Shown: piece by piece, positions 40,377 to 49,877 of the stretch
Layout of the letters: each line of letters begins with the position of its first letter
Position numbering within the stretch: the first letter of the stretch is position 1
Origin: Acidobacteriota bacterium
Lineage (GTDB): Bacteria > Acidobacteriota > UBA6911 > JACQSX01
Assembly: GCA_036507075.1 (NCBI GenBank)
Contig: DASXQR010000035.1
Span: 1-60,630 of the forward strand
Direction: 5' to 3'
DNA: 60,630 nucleotides
Program-made: the position numbers and the translations under genes
The notes under the pieces: model-generated
What the model saw: the letters and a program-made list of their open reading frames with translations, nothing else
What the model was told of the DNA's origin: nothing
Databases searched by the model: none

Positions 40377-41237
40377 TTAAGTTTCTTCCTCGAACTTGCG
40401 ATTAAGGATGAAATCCGCGGCCTTCTGAGCCTGCGCTCCTGCGATCACAACCAGCTTGCTATCCACTCGAAGCCTTGAGAGCCAGCCATTGATGTAGCTG
40501 GCGCTGTTGTCCAGCACAGCGTTTTCAATGCCCGTATGCCCGCAAAGGAAAGAGGCCGTCATTTCGGCTACCAGTTCCTCGCGCGAGTAGTTTGTGCTTC
40601 CAAAAGGGCAAAGGTCCGTAAGGGTCTGCCTGTTTAACCGCGATTCATGCCCGGTTGAATGCGCCAGTTCATGGAAGGCCGTCGCATAAAAACCTTCGTC
40701 TGATTTGAACAGGACACGCTCAGGCATGTTGACGGTATCGGTAGATGGCCGGTAGTATGCAAGCGCTTCCAAGCTGCTCATACGCGGCGGATTTGGCATT
40801 CCTGAGATAACCTGCTCGCATTCCTGAATGGGGGTAAATTCCCGCGTCACTGTCTCAGTCGCTGGCGCTTCGATTCCCTCGCATTGTGCGACATTGAAAA
40901 CCGTGTAATAGCGGCAGAGCGGGATAGTTTTTTCTTCCTGGGTGTCCTTGTCTTCCGCTTTCAGCCACTTCCAGAAGACTACCGGCGAACCCTTTTCACC
41001 CTTGCGAACGTTCCCGCCCAAGTCTTGAGCTTGTTTGTAAGTCAGCCAGTAGGGTGATGCGTATTGCTGGCAACCAAGCAGGAAGACGTTAATCCCGCGA
41101 TACTCTTTCTTGCTGATCAGGTTTTTAGGCATGGAGCCCGCCGCATTCCATGGACGCTGCCAGGGGATTGTTCCCTGTTCCAGTTTTTCGATAATCCGTT
41201 TCGTGATGACGTCATAGACTGTGTTATTCTGAGACAT
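40377..41237 (-). CDS. ardC: ArdC anti-restriction protein (DUF1738 ssDNA-binding + zincin-like domain)
   Basis: IPWQRPW, YRGIN, WLTYKQA..GGNVRKGEKG, YTVFN..Q, HELAHSTGH and YSREELVAE. Confidence 0.92.
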   Translation of the reverse strand: MSQNNTVYDVITKRIIEKLEQGTIPWQRPWNAAGSMPKNLISKKEYRGINVFLLGCQQYASPYWLTYKQAQDLGGNVRKGEKGSPVVFWKWLKAEDKDTQEEKTIPLCRYYTVFNVAQCEGIEAPATETVTREFTPIQECEQVISGMPNPPRMSSLEALAYYRPSTDTVNMPERVLFKSDEGFYATAFHELAHSTGHESRLNRQTLTDLCPFGSTNYSREELVAEMTASFLCGHTGIENAVLDNSASYINGWLSRLRVDSKLVVIAGAQAQKAADFILNRKFEEET

Positions 41238-41332
41238 ACCTTTTTCGCTCCGAAGGTGATTAAGGTTGAGCCCTTGGGACCGTTTGCGCGGTTTCCCAAG
41301 GGCATTTTTATTTGTGGTTTACTTCCCCCTTT

Positions 41333-41803
41333 CTAGGCAAGGTCGAGCTGGTTGAGGATTTTGTCTTCCAGCCGGCAGGGCATGAGCAGGAAGTCTGAAT
41401 CCGCAGAGCGGAAAACGTCAGTAGGCTTTGTGCCAACAAGTGAGAGAATCTCGAATGCCTGGATGTAGTCTTCCCGGAAAACAGCCTTTCCAGAGCAGTT
41501 TTTGAACACGCGCAGAAGGTTGAAATCATCCCCGGCTTTAGAGTGTACCCAATCAGTTTTGACGTAATCTAATTGGGCATCCTTCACAGTGTCGAGGATG
41601 GATTCCACCATTGAATCGTTTTCCTTGACGGTGACACTGGTTTTCTCGCCAAGGAATGCACTAACCGTATCAGCCGATGCGAACACGGCATTGTTCTTTA
41701 TCCAGGTTCGCTTGATCGCCCAATGCCCGTTTGAAATCCAGCCAGGCGTAAGGTAAACCGAACCGCCAGCGAAATGCTTTTTCTTGAGTGTGATCTGTTG
41801 CAT
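41333..41803 (-). CDS. Hypothetical phage/plasmid early protein
   Basis: 156-aa ORF, first gene after a sigma70 promoter; WISNGH...LLMPCR pattern reminiscent of sliding-clamp-like phage proteins (weak). Confidence 0.6.
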   Translation of the reverse strand: MQQITLKKKHFAGGSVYLTPGWISNGHWAIKRTWIKNNAVFASADTVSAFLGEKTSVTVKENDSMVESILDTVKDAQLDYVKTDWVHSKAGDDFNLLRVFKNCSGKAVFREDYIQAFEILSLVGTKPTDVFRSADSDFLLMPCRLEDKILNQLDLA

Positions 41804-41849
41804 GGTACGCTCCGAAGGTTTTTGACTGGCGCTATTGCCAGTTAAAGGC

Positions 41850-41878
41850 AGTATGATTTACCCATACAACATTGTCAA
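41850..41878 (-). promoter_or_regulatory. Sigma70-type promoter TTGACA-17-CATACT for the ArdC operon
   Basis: -35 at 41878-41873 and -10 at 41855-41850; overlapped by imperfect IR 41851-41903. Confidence 0.7.
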
Positions 41879-42313
41879 GAACAATGTGATGGTTAAATCA
41901 TACAAGTTAATACAGCTCGCGCTCAGCAACTAGCAGCCAGGCACCACCCCGGCACCAAGGTCTGGATATGGAAACGGAACGTTTAGGAATCCTGTTTCCT
42001 TCGCCCTATGCCGCCGAGGAACCGCATCGGGGTAGGAGTCCCATCTTCTTGGCGTCCGACCGGCAAGGGTAACTTCCTCAGCCTGCTTACCCGGCTCTGT
42101 TCCTCCGCGCTCTGCCGGCAATGAGACCCATCTACGGGCACATTTACTGCCGGGCAAAAAACGGGTCCCATCCAGGTCATTTCTCAGAAAAAAATTTTGG
42201 AAATTTCAGGCGAATCGTGATGTAAAAAGTGGCAAGTGGCTGGTTCGGAAAGGATTGCCAGGATCAGCTTAAAAAAGCCGTCTTGTGGATGGTTTACTCA
42301 GGAGGAAACGGAC

Positions 42314-43129
42314 ATGAGTGATGAGCAAGGAGCGCGTCTGAGAAGTGACACGGCGCGATTTTACGCAATCGTCAAAAGCTTGAGGGAGTTCGACGATGCC
42401 AAGGTGTACCCAATCGTCACAACACTCATTTCGGTTGCCGGCGACGATGCTTTTGTTCAGGGGCTGTACTGGCGGATTCGTGGAAATACCAATTCGGCCT
42501 TGGCGCTGAGCGACAGCATTCACTTTCAAGCTACCGCAGGAATAGCGCGATCTCTGTTCGAGCTTTCCTTGGACATCTCTTTGATTGACAAGAAAGTCGT
42601 TCCCAACGCTGAGAAGGCGATCCTTCTCTTTGAGGATGCGGAGAAGCTACGAGTGGCAAGGCGTTCCGTGGGATTTAAACAGCGAAATCCGGGCGCCTCG
42701 ATCAACATAACCGAGTACCAGCGGTTCATTACTAAGAATGCCGCGAGAATCGACGCCGAACATCTGGCACTATGGGGACCATGTAAAAATAAAAAACCAA
42801 AGACGCTTACCCATTGGTCAAATCTGGATCTGCCAAGCCGAATTTCGAAAGTCGGCGACCCGTTCCGCGAGTGGCACCTTGAATTCTACTCCCAGTTCAG
42901 TTGGTACAGTCACACTGGTTTTACTGGCTTCAGAAATCTGGCGGCAGAAACGTTCATTGCAGTTCAAGCCTTGGCCTTCGTGTTGTCTGCTTTGTGCTAC
43001 AAGGAATCTCTCATGTGTCTGATCAGGCGCTTCCAAATCGACAAGGCTGACGAGGAAGCTCTGGAGCATTTAGAGATCGCGCATGTCCTGCCGTTTGCAA
43101 CTGAGCAACAAGCTAGAAACCTTCGTTAA
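42314..43129 (+). CDS. DUF5677-like helical protein (HEPN-like)
   Basis: GGAGG RBS; ARSLFELSL...WSNL...FYSQFSWYSH pattern. Confidence 0.55.
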   Translation: MSDEQGARLRSDTARFYAIVKSLREFDDAKVYPIVTTLISVAGDDAFVQGLYWRIRGNTNSALALSDSIHFQATAGIARSLFELSLDISLIDKKVVPNAEKAILLFEDAEKLRVARRSVGFKQRNPGASINITEYQRFITKNAARIDAEHLALWGPCKNKKPKTLTHWSNLDLPSRISKVGDPFREWHLEFYSQFSWYSHTGFTGFRNLAAETFIAVQALAFVLSALCYKESLMCLIRRFQIDKADEEALEHLEIAHVLPFATEQQARNLR

Positions 43130-43229
43130 AACCTGCGCCCTATGGTGCGATTGGCAGTCACGAGACGAGCTAGTTAAAGGGTCAGGAATCCGGGGAACAT
43201 TCAGAGCGGCAGAGCGGCCTTATTAATTA

Positions 43230-44360
43230 TCACTGGTGCCCTACTTGCTCTATTGCCTTTTGCAAGATTCCAGTTTCCAGCGCTTGGCGCGTTCCGCATG
43301 TGATTTCCTTCGGCAATTCTGAATCTCCTCCTGACTTTGTGACGTAGATTAGAATGAGAGGAGATTTGCGCCTATTTACTTCAGCCTCGATGACACTCTT
43401 AAGATATGGTTCGAGGTACCATCGGCAGCCGACGATTACCAAAATTTTAGCCAGGCGAATAGCGTTCAGAAACCTAGCAAACAGGCTGACGTAGGGTTCA
43501 AAGCGGGGAAGCTTGCCGCCTCTAGCAAAAAGCATGGTAGGTGGATTTAAACCTCTCAGTATGCCGTAACTCTGCAGACTAGGATTAATTCCCCGAAACC
43601 CCATTGAGGATTCGTGTGGGGGAAACTCCTCGATTTGGAATTCGGGCGGTGTGTGCAGCCAACTGACTGATCCATGTAGTTTATACAGCATTAGCCGATA
43701 ATCGTGGTTGTCGAATTCGTCTGGCTTCCACCGTCCATGTGAGAAGCCAGTTGTTAATGGGATTCCACCCTTGTAGCAAGCGAGTTCCACTGCCACGTCA
43801 TAATTCAAGGTGAAGACCTGGACGCGCCCTTCGAAGGAAGCGAGTCGCGCGAGGTAAGAAACGTCGTTATGGTTGAGATCGATTTCAAGCCACTGACGCA
43901 GTTCCGACTGGACCCGATTATAAAGCAGATCATATGTGTGGCCTTCTGAGATGGCCGCGTGACTGAAAAAGGCGCGATCCGAGTCCGTAAAAGGTCGTGA
44001 CCATTCCTTCGGTATGTGCTCTAGACCACCATGCTTTGAAGGGAAGCCAGAGAACTCAGCTAATTCTGGGAACCAAGTCTGTACAAATGGGTAAAGTCCT
44101 GATTTGAATCTGAAACGCAAATCGTCGAGCGCAGCGATCACATCCTCGAAATTGTCACCGCTTATGAAAGGGTTATCTTTCTCGACGCTCTTGAGTTTTT
44201 TTCGAATGAGATTAAATAAACGTTGTTCTGGACTCCCGCTTGTGAATGAGCGTTCCAAACGCCTGAAGAAATCCGCGGTAGCCGGGAGACCTGCGTCAAT
44301 AGATGCCCCGGCACCAAGCAAGAAAATCACCCCCGATCTGGTCGGTTCTGGCTGTAACAT
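43230..44360 (-). CDS. SIR2-like (SIR2_2) NAD-binding protein
   Basis: FLLGAGAS, FTLNYD, LYKLHGS and LVIVGC motifs. Confidence 0.88.
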   Translation of the reverse strand: MLQPEPTRSGVIFLLGAGASIDAGLPATADFFRRLERSFTSGSPEQRLFNLIRKKLKSVEKDNPFISGDNFEDVIAALDDLRFRFKSGLYPFVQTWFPELAEFSGFPSKHGGLEHIPKEWSRPFTDSDRAFFSHAAISEGHTYDLLYNRVQSELRQWLEIDLNHNDVSYLARLASFEGRVQVFTLNYDVAVELACYKGGIPLTTGFSHGRWKPDEFDNHDYRLMLYKLHGSVSWLHTPPEFQIEEFPPHESSMGFRGINPSLQSYGILRGLNPPTMLFARGGKLPRFEPYVSLFARFLNAIRLAKILVIVGCRWYLEPYLKSVIEAEVNRRKSPLILIYVTKSGGDSELPKEITCGTRQALETGILQKAIEQVGHQ

Positions 44361-44588
44361 CGAATTATTAATGGGTTCTCTTTATCCCCATATTCGACAT
44401 ATCCATAAAGCACTCCTGACACAGATCCAGCTCGAAAGTTCCGTCCTCATTCGGCGTCCATTCAGGGGGCGCATCAGGTTCCAGGTCTACCCGGCCCGGA
44501 TCGGGCTCAAACACTTCGTGATGAAATCAGGCGCCGGGCGGGATCAGTGAGAAACAGACATTACAGGTACGGGCGCCGGATTTCAGCA

Positions 44589-44900
44589 TTAGAGTTTTGT
44601 CGGCTGCAATCCATCCCATATCTCGTCTTCCGGATCGACCCTTAATGACACTAAAGCGCTTCTCAGTTGCGCATCGTTTACTGGGTAATTAGTCCGGCCG
44701 CTTTGATCGTGAAGGACCAAGGAGATTAGAGTTATTCCGAGGCCTTCGTAATTGTCGAAATCCGGGCGAAAGTTGCGGTGAGTGAGAGTAATTTTCCTGA
44801 GAATTCGCGTTCCGTCAACGTCGGCCATGATCAGGTCAACGAACGATCCATCCCTGTCCAGAGCTTCCTCGCCAACAGTTCCTTGCAACTGCCACGCCAT
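44589..44900 (-). CDS. Hypothetical protein
   Basis: 103-aa ORF with AGGAGGG RBS. Confidence 0.6.
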   Translation of the reverse strand: MAWQLQGTVGEEALDRDGSFVDLIMADVDGTRILRKITLTHRNFRPDFDNYEGLGITLISLVLHDQSGRTNYPVNDAQLRSALVSLRVDPEDEIWDGLQPTKL

Positions 44901-44935
44901 ATTCCCTCCTATTTAACCCGCGAACTGTTAAATTC

Positions 44936-45241
44936 TCACCTCACCTCTTCCGTCGCCGGCCCCAATATCGCCCGGGCTGCTTCAATCAATTTACGCTGTC
45001 CTTCTTCAACGGTCTCCGCTTGTCCCGTAATTCGTGACGGCGGGTCGTCGAGCGCCTGGACCGTCAGTGATACGAATCCATTTTCCTGCTGAACTATTAA
45101 ACGCCAGCACTTGCCGCCAGCTATGTAATCGGCCCGGTATGATTCGCCGGTTTTTAAAACACTCAGGCTCAAGGGGTGGCCGGATTTCCGCATGTGTGCG
45201 ATGGTTGTTGTTGAAGGTGGCCGGATACCCAAACTCGACAA
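44936..45241 (-). CDS. Hypothetical protein
   Basis: Co-oriented small ORF filling the gap; start uncertain. Confidence 0.45.
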   Translation of the reverse strand: MSSLGIRPPSTTTIAHMRKSGHPLSLSVLKTGESYRADYIAGGKCWRLIVQQENGFVSLTVQALDDPPSRITGQAETVEEGQRKLIEAARAILGPATEEVR

Positions 45242-45245
45242 GGTG

Positions 45246-46103
45246 CTAGGGCTGTTTTTCTAGAACTGCCTCCACATTCATGGTGCTGTTGGCGGTCACA
45301 CTGACAGTCTTTTCCCAAGATTTGAATCCTGTCTTGGCAACGATGATCATGTGATCTCCTGGTGCCAATCGAATCGTTGCCGGCGTACTCCCAAAGAACT
45401 TGCCTCCAATCGTAATCTCGGCCGCTTCCGGTGTGGATTTAAGAGTGATCGAAGCGTGGTTTGCATCCGGCGTTGGTGTCGGCCCAAGCGCGGGTGCAGG
45501 CGTCGGGACAATAGCGGCGGCGGGTTTTGGCTGAGGCTGAGACATGAATGAATCGCCACTTATGTAGGCTGTGATTTCCGTTCCTTTTGGCACTGTAATA
45601 TCTTTTCCTTTCATGAACAGAAAAAGCGGAGCTGCCGGGAAAAAAAGAATTCCAGTGGCAACCATTGCCCCGGTCATGCTTCCCACATGACCGCCTCCCT
45701 GATTGTCTTTGATCGCACGCAGTGGTGCTTTCTCACCCGTTGCTAGCTGAACGGCGTCGATATTTACATTCAACTTACCGCCACGCCCCATTCTTCGCTT
45801 CGGATGTGCCTCGGTGACGGTCCCCCAGGCAATTGAACCCTTGGGAATGACGAGTACGTCCGCAGAACGAATCTCTTCTAGAACCTCGAAGTCAACCTTT
45901 TCGTCCACGTGAGCGCTTGCGGACGAGAGCGTCCGGTTCAGCCTCAATTTCACTGGTGTGCCGTCTAGAATCTTCGTCTTGCCTACAGCGCTGCTCTCGA
46001 CGCTCGCGGCGGTTTGTATCGGACTCTGCTGCGGAAAGGATAGTCCTGGAGTTAAAAACAAAAGCACTGCGACAACACAGCGACGTTTTGCGGTCATGGT
46101 CAC
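45246..46103 (-). CDS. Secreted PEGA-domain protein
   Basis: Signal peptide, DGTPVKLRL, KGKDITVPKGT and C-terminal STPEAAEITIGGKFFGSTP (PEGA). Confidence 0.8.
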   Translation of the reverse strand: MTMTAKRRCVVAVLLFLTPGLSFPQQSPIQTAASVESSAVGKTKILDGTPVKLRLNRTLSSASAHVDEKVDFEVLEEIRSADVLVIPKGSIAWGTVTEAHPKRRMGRGGKLNVNIDAVQLATGEKAPLRAIKDNQGGGHVGSMTGAMVATGILFFPAAPLFLFMKGKDITVPKGTEITAYISGDSFMSQPQPKPAAAIVPTPAPALGPTPTPDANHASITLKSTPEAAEITIGGKFFGSTPATIRLAPGDHMIIVAKTGFKSWEKTVSVTANSTMNVEAVLEKQP

Positions 46104-46335
46104 CTCCCAGTTCCCAAAGACCCGAAATTGATAAGGAAATGTGTTGCGATTCTACACCCTGGAGGTTCTCGTCCCCAAAGTTTAAGTGCTACAATCGCAG
46201 TGCAATATTCCGTGGATAGGGTAGCGCGCCCAAAAAGCGCGGCTCCTGACTGGCCGCGCCTGCCCCGGACTTCAAAAACAGTTAGCCCTGTTAGGAGGGT
46301 AAGGTCTGACCGAACGCATTTTTGTTTCTCGAAAG

Positions 46336-47163
46336 TTGCCCCAAGGTCACGAATTCGTCGGACATTGGAATTTCTGCCTTTCCGTTTTATCTCTTGCTGC
46401 CGAGCGACTACCTCGGGACCAGCAGCGAGATCTAGACATGGCCCGACGTATTTTGGGGGATACAGATCAATTTCTTGAAGACGCAGATGAAGCTCGGGAG
46501 TGTACCGGCTGGACAAAGGTCCGCCAGGAGATTTCCAGCATCATCGAAAGTCCAATGACGGTCCGCATTCTTGGTAAAGAGCGCAGTCTGACACTTTTAC
46601 TTACGCGTAACAGGAATCTAGGCATCATTAAGCTCGCCAACTTCGCCTTTCCGAAATTTGTACTGACCTCGCATAAGCCCGCCCTCGACGAAGCCGTAAA
46701 GGAGCTCAGCACAACCAGAGCCTCGCGTAAAAAGCTCGAAGCTGCTTACAAGACATTGGCCGATGTTCCGAAAGAACTAAGTGAACAGTGCCATCTTGCA
46801 CAGTCTCTTACACAGGTCAATCTGGCGCTCCGACACCTATTCAGCTTCGCGCTGAGTCGTCGTGAAGCGCAAAGTGCTACCCGGTTTCTCTTCAAGGACT
46901 ACGCTACGCACCTTTTTGCTGCCAAGGCTGCTGAGACCTTGCGGATTCCCTATTGGTTTTTGACAGCAAATGGTATCGGCACCGAAAGGAAACTTTCCTC
47001 TAATGAGATCCATTCTATTATCGCCCTACTTGAATCGAAGCTTTTCAAGTCAAGCCTTTCGGATGAGGCGGTCAAAAAGCAGATCGTGCGGTGGAATCGG
47101 GGTCTCTTCAAGAAATTCAATCCGAAAAGAGCGGTTGAACGTTTTGTCGCAGATAGCCGCTAA
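46336..47163 (+). CDS. Hypothetical protein upstream of AlpA-like gene (possible regulator)
   Basis: Long ORF (alternative ATG 46438) at the head of the replication operon. Confidence 0.5.
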   Translation: MPQGHEFVGHWNFCLSVLSLAAERLPRDQQRDLDMARRILGDTDQFLEDADEARECTGWTKVRQEISSIIESPMTVRILGKERSLTLLLTRNRNLGIIKLANFAFPKFVLTSHKPALDEAVKELSTTRASRKKLEAAYKTLADVPKELSEQCHLAQSLTQVNLALRHLFSFALSRREAQSATRFLFKDYATHLFAAKAAETLRIPYWFLTANGIGTERKLSSNEIHSIIALLESKLFKSSLSDEAVKKQIVRWNRGLFKKFNPKRAVERFVADSR

Positions 47164-47328
47164 CATCTAGTCGCCACCGGCACTCACCTACTCTAGGGAC
47201 AAACTTTACAAAAAACCTAGCGGATTTCTGCAAACTTTGTCCCTAACGTCGCCGTAGTGCGCTTGGGCACAATGGGGGATCATTGTGAGTTACGACAGCA
47301 CATACCAGTGAAAGACAAAGGGAAGGAA

Positions 47329-47544
47329 ATGAAAACCCAGATACTCAATACGTCACATCTCCTAACTGCCGACGAAGCTGCCCAGTTGACTGGCCTTGCT
47401 CCCACGACAATACGACGCTTGGCGTGGCAGCGTCGGGTTCGCAGTTACAAGATCCTCGGCGCGTTGCGCTTCAGAGTCGAAGACCTCGAAGCTTTGGCCA
47501 TTGAAAGGCCGACAAGAGAAAGGCGCGAAGAAGCCTGCGTGTGA
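47329..47544 (+). CDS. Excisionase/AlpA-like HTH_17 protein
   Basis: LLTADEAAQLTGLAPTTIRRL...YKILGALRFRVEDL. Confidence 0.85.
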   Translation: MKTQILNTSHLLTADEAAQLTGLAPTTIRRLAWQRRVRSYKILGALRFRVEDLEALAIERPTRERREEACV

Positions 47545-47625
47545 CCAAGTGCGATGACTGACAGCAAAAAAAGAAGCCCGGAGCGCTCGCCAAAGCGTCC
47601 GGGCATGAGATTGTGAGGTTACTGT

Positions 47626-47820
47626 ATGGGTCCCAGCAAAAATACACCCGCCGACTTCTCAATGCAACAGTTCCGAAAGAATCTGCACAGGTGGAATTAC
47701 CTTTCGACCATGCAAATCGAGCAGGCCGAACGGGAGCGCAGGCCTGAAGTAGTCGGGAAACTATTTCATCTAAAAGTCCTGCTCAACAAGGTCTCGATGC
47801 TGGCGGAGGAGAACATATGA
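47626..47820 (+). CDS. Small hypothetical protein
   Basis: ATGA-coupled to the next ORF. Confidence 0.45.
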   Translation: MGPSKNTPADFSMQQFRKNLHRWNYLSTMQIEQAERERRPEVVGKLFHLKVLLNKVSMLAEENI

Positions 47821-48143
47821 GCCCGGAGCCGAAGTGTTGGGAAGAGTTTCACGCCAGCGCGATGCGAATGGTCAGCGACACGTTAATTTTGACCGCACGC
47901 CGATTTGAGGATGCGCGGCGCCTGGATCGCGAAGCATATGAAGCCGAACGCCAGAAAGACAAGGAGGCGTTTATTGAGATTTTAGATGCGGCCGCCCGCG
48001 AGATCCGAGCTTCGATTATGACAGCCGCGGCAATCGACTATGTAGAGCAACTCCGAAATCAACTGAAGGCAGGCGACGTGACGGGTCTTCTTGCTCCGGA
48101 GGGTGTGATTAATAACTTGGAAGTACAGCAGGAGAGGGCATAA
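47817..48143 (+). CDS. Hypothetical coiled-coil protein
   Basis: GGAGGAG RBS; in the replication operon. Confidence 0.6.
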   Translation: MSPEPKCWEEFHASAMRMVSDTLILTARRFEDARRLDREAYEAERQKDKEAFIEILDAAAREIRASIMTAAAIDYVEQLRNQLKAGDVTGLLAPEGVINNLEVQQERA

Positions 48144-48146
48144 GCC

Positions 48147-49877
48147 TTGGACGCGAGAAACGCACTCCAGCTCTTCAAATCTCAGAACGGCCAGCCGAGT
48201 ATTAAAGAGCTGTCCGACGAGGCTTGTGGATTGCTCACTGAAGCATCGTCGTTGGATACCGTAACGCAAGCCCTCAGGTCGCTATCGCCGTCAGTTCAAA
48301 ACCTGGACCCACTGACGCGAGCAGCTCTAGAGGCAGAGATTGCCCGCCGGCTCAAAGGGTTAAATGTCCCTAACTCGACTAAACTTGCTTCGCGCGCTGT
48401 CGTCCCTCAAAAACCAGTGCAACCATGCAACCGCGACCAAAATTATGCGAAACATCAAGTACTTAGTGGTTGCACAGAGGATAACAACCGTCCTGCAACG
48501 GAGTCGGATCACGCCACGGACTTGCGCATATGCGAAGCCTTAGCCAAGGGAACGTCGATTCTCGATCGGTTTATCGAAGACCTCAGCCATCAAGTGGCTG
48601 GAGAAGAGAAAGCGGCGAAACTCCTGTTTCTTATATTGATGAGTCGGTTCTTGTCGCGGCCAGTTTCAGCGGCGGTGAAGGGACCATCCAGCGCTGGCAA
48701 ATCGTATTTGCTGGAGTCCGTTCTGGCGTTCTTTCCACGCTCAGCTTATTTCACGATATCGGCGATGTCACCAAAATGGCTCGCATACACTGACGAGCCG
48801 TTTCAAAACCGTTTCATAGTTTTGTTTGAACTGTCTGGAATGGAAGATGAAGATTTAGTCCAATATTTAATCCGGTCACTTTTAAGTGAAGGAAAGATCG
48901 TATATGGCTTCGTTGATAAGGGTCAGAATGGATTGCAGTCTGTGATCAATGAGCGGGAAGGCCCAACTGGGTTTTTGACCACCACGACAGCCATCAGCGT
49001 CCATCCTGAAAATGAAACCCGCTTGCTCTCAATCCCGGTCACAGACACAGCGGCCCAGACCCGCGCTGTGTTGATCAAGATCGCTGAAGCTGACGGATTC
49101 AGACCGGACTACACTCAATGGCACGCTTTGCAGCGCTGGCTTGAAAAGAAAAACCACAATGTGGTGGTTCCCTACGCTCGGGAGCTGGCGGAAAGAATCC
49201 CGTCTGTTGCAACGCGGCTTCGGCGTGATTTCACGGCGATCCTCGGCTTAATCAAAAGTAATGCGATCCTCCATCAAGCGAGTAGGCCGATCGATTCCGA
49301 AGGTCGTATCGTGGCGTCGATCTCCGACTACGAAGCTGTAAAAGAGTTAGTGCTCGACTTAGTGTCGAGCGGCATTGATGCGACCGTGTCCTGTGTTCTG
49401 CGGGAAACTGTAGAGGCCCTGAAGGCGATCCAAAATCCTCATGGAGTCACTGTGGCGGCACTATCAACCAAGCTCGGATTGGACAAATCAACAGTCTGGC
49501 GGCGCGTGCGATCGGGAATAGCGAAGGATTACATAAAAAATTTGGAGGACAAACGGGGTCGCCCGGCCCGCCTCGTTTTAGGAGATGACCCACTGCCGGA
49601 CGATATCGGAATTTTACCGCCTGGTTGCGATCTTGTTGCGAGTGGTTGCACGACCCATGCAACCACTAATCTAAATGAAAATAAAGACGTTAGTTTCTCT
49701 GGTTGCACGGTTGCAGCGGAAACTGGAGGGATTAACAACCCTCCTTGGGTCGAGCCCGAGGTTGGCCCTGGCGGATACCCGGTTTCCTGGGATATCGGAG
49801 GTGGTAACGGTAAGCCTTTCGAGTCTGATCCCGGGTATGTCGCCTCCCTAATTCAGGACCAGGAGTTGGCCGAATGA
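48147..49877 (+). CDS. P-loop (MCM/AAA+-like) replication protein with C-terminal winged helix
   Basis: VKGPSSAGKS Walker A, RSLLSEGKI, EGPTGFLTTTT, ENETR and RLRRDF; C-terminal LSTKLGLDKSTVWRRV HTH. Confidence 0.75.
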   Translation: MDARNALQLFKSQNGQPSIKELSDEACGLLTEASSLDTVTQALRSLSPSVQNLDPLTRAALEAEIARRLKGLNVPNSTKLASRAVVPQKPVQPCNRDQNYAKHQVLSGCTEDNNRPATESDHATDLRICEALAKGTSILDRFIEDLSHQVAGEEKAAKLLFLILMSRFLSRPVSAAVKGPSSAGKSYLLESVLAFFPRSAYFTISAMSPKWLAYTDEPFQNRFIVLFELSGMEDEDLVQYLIRSLLSEGKIVYGFVDKGQNGLQSVINEREGPTGFLTTTTAISVHPENETRLLSIPVTDTAAQTRAVLIKIAEADGFRPDYTQWHALQRWLEKKNHNVVVPYARELAERIPSVATRLRRDFTAILGLIKSNAILHQASRPIDSEGRIVASISDYEAVKELVLDLVSSGIDATVSCVLRETVEALKAIQNPHGVTVAALSTKLGLDKSTVWRRVRSGIAKDYIKNLEDKRGRPARLVLGDDPLPDDIGILPPGCDLVASGCTTHATTNLNENKDVSFSGCTVAAETGGINNPPWVEPEVGPGGYPVSWDIGGGNGKPFESDPGYVASLIQDQELAE

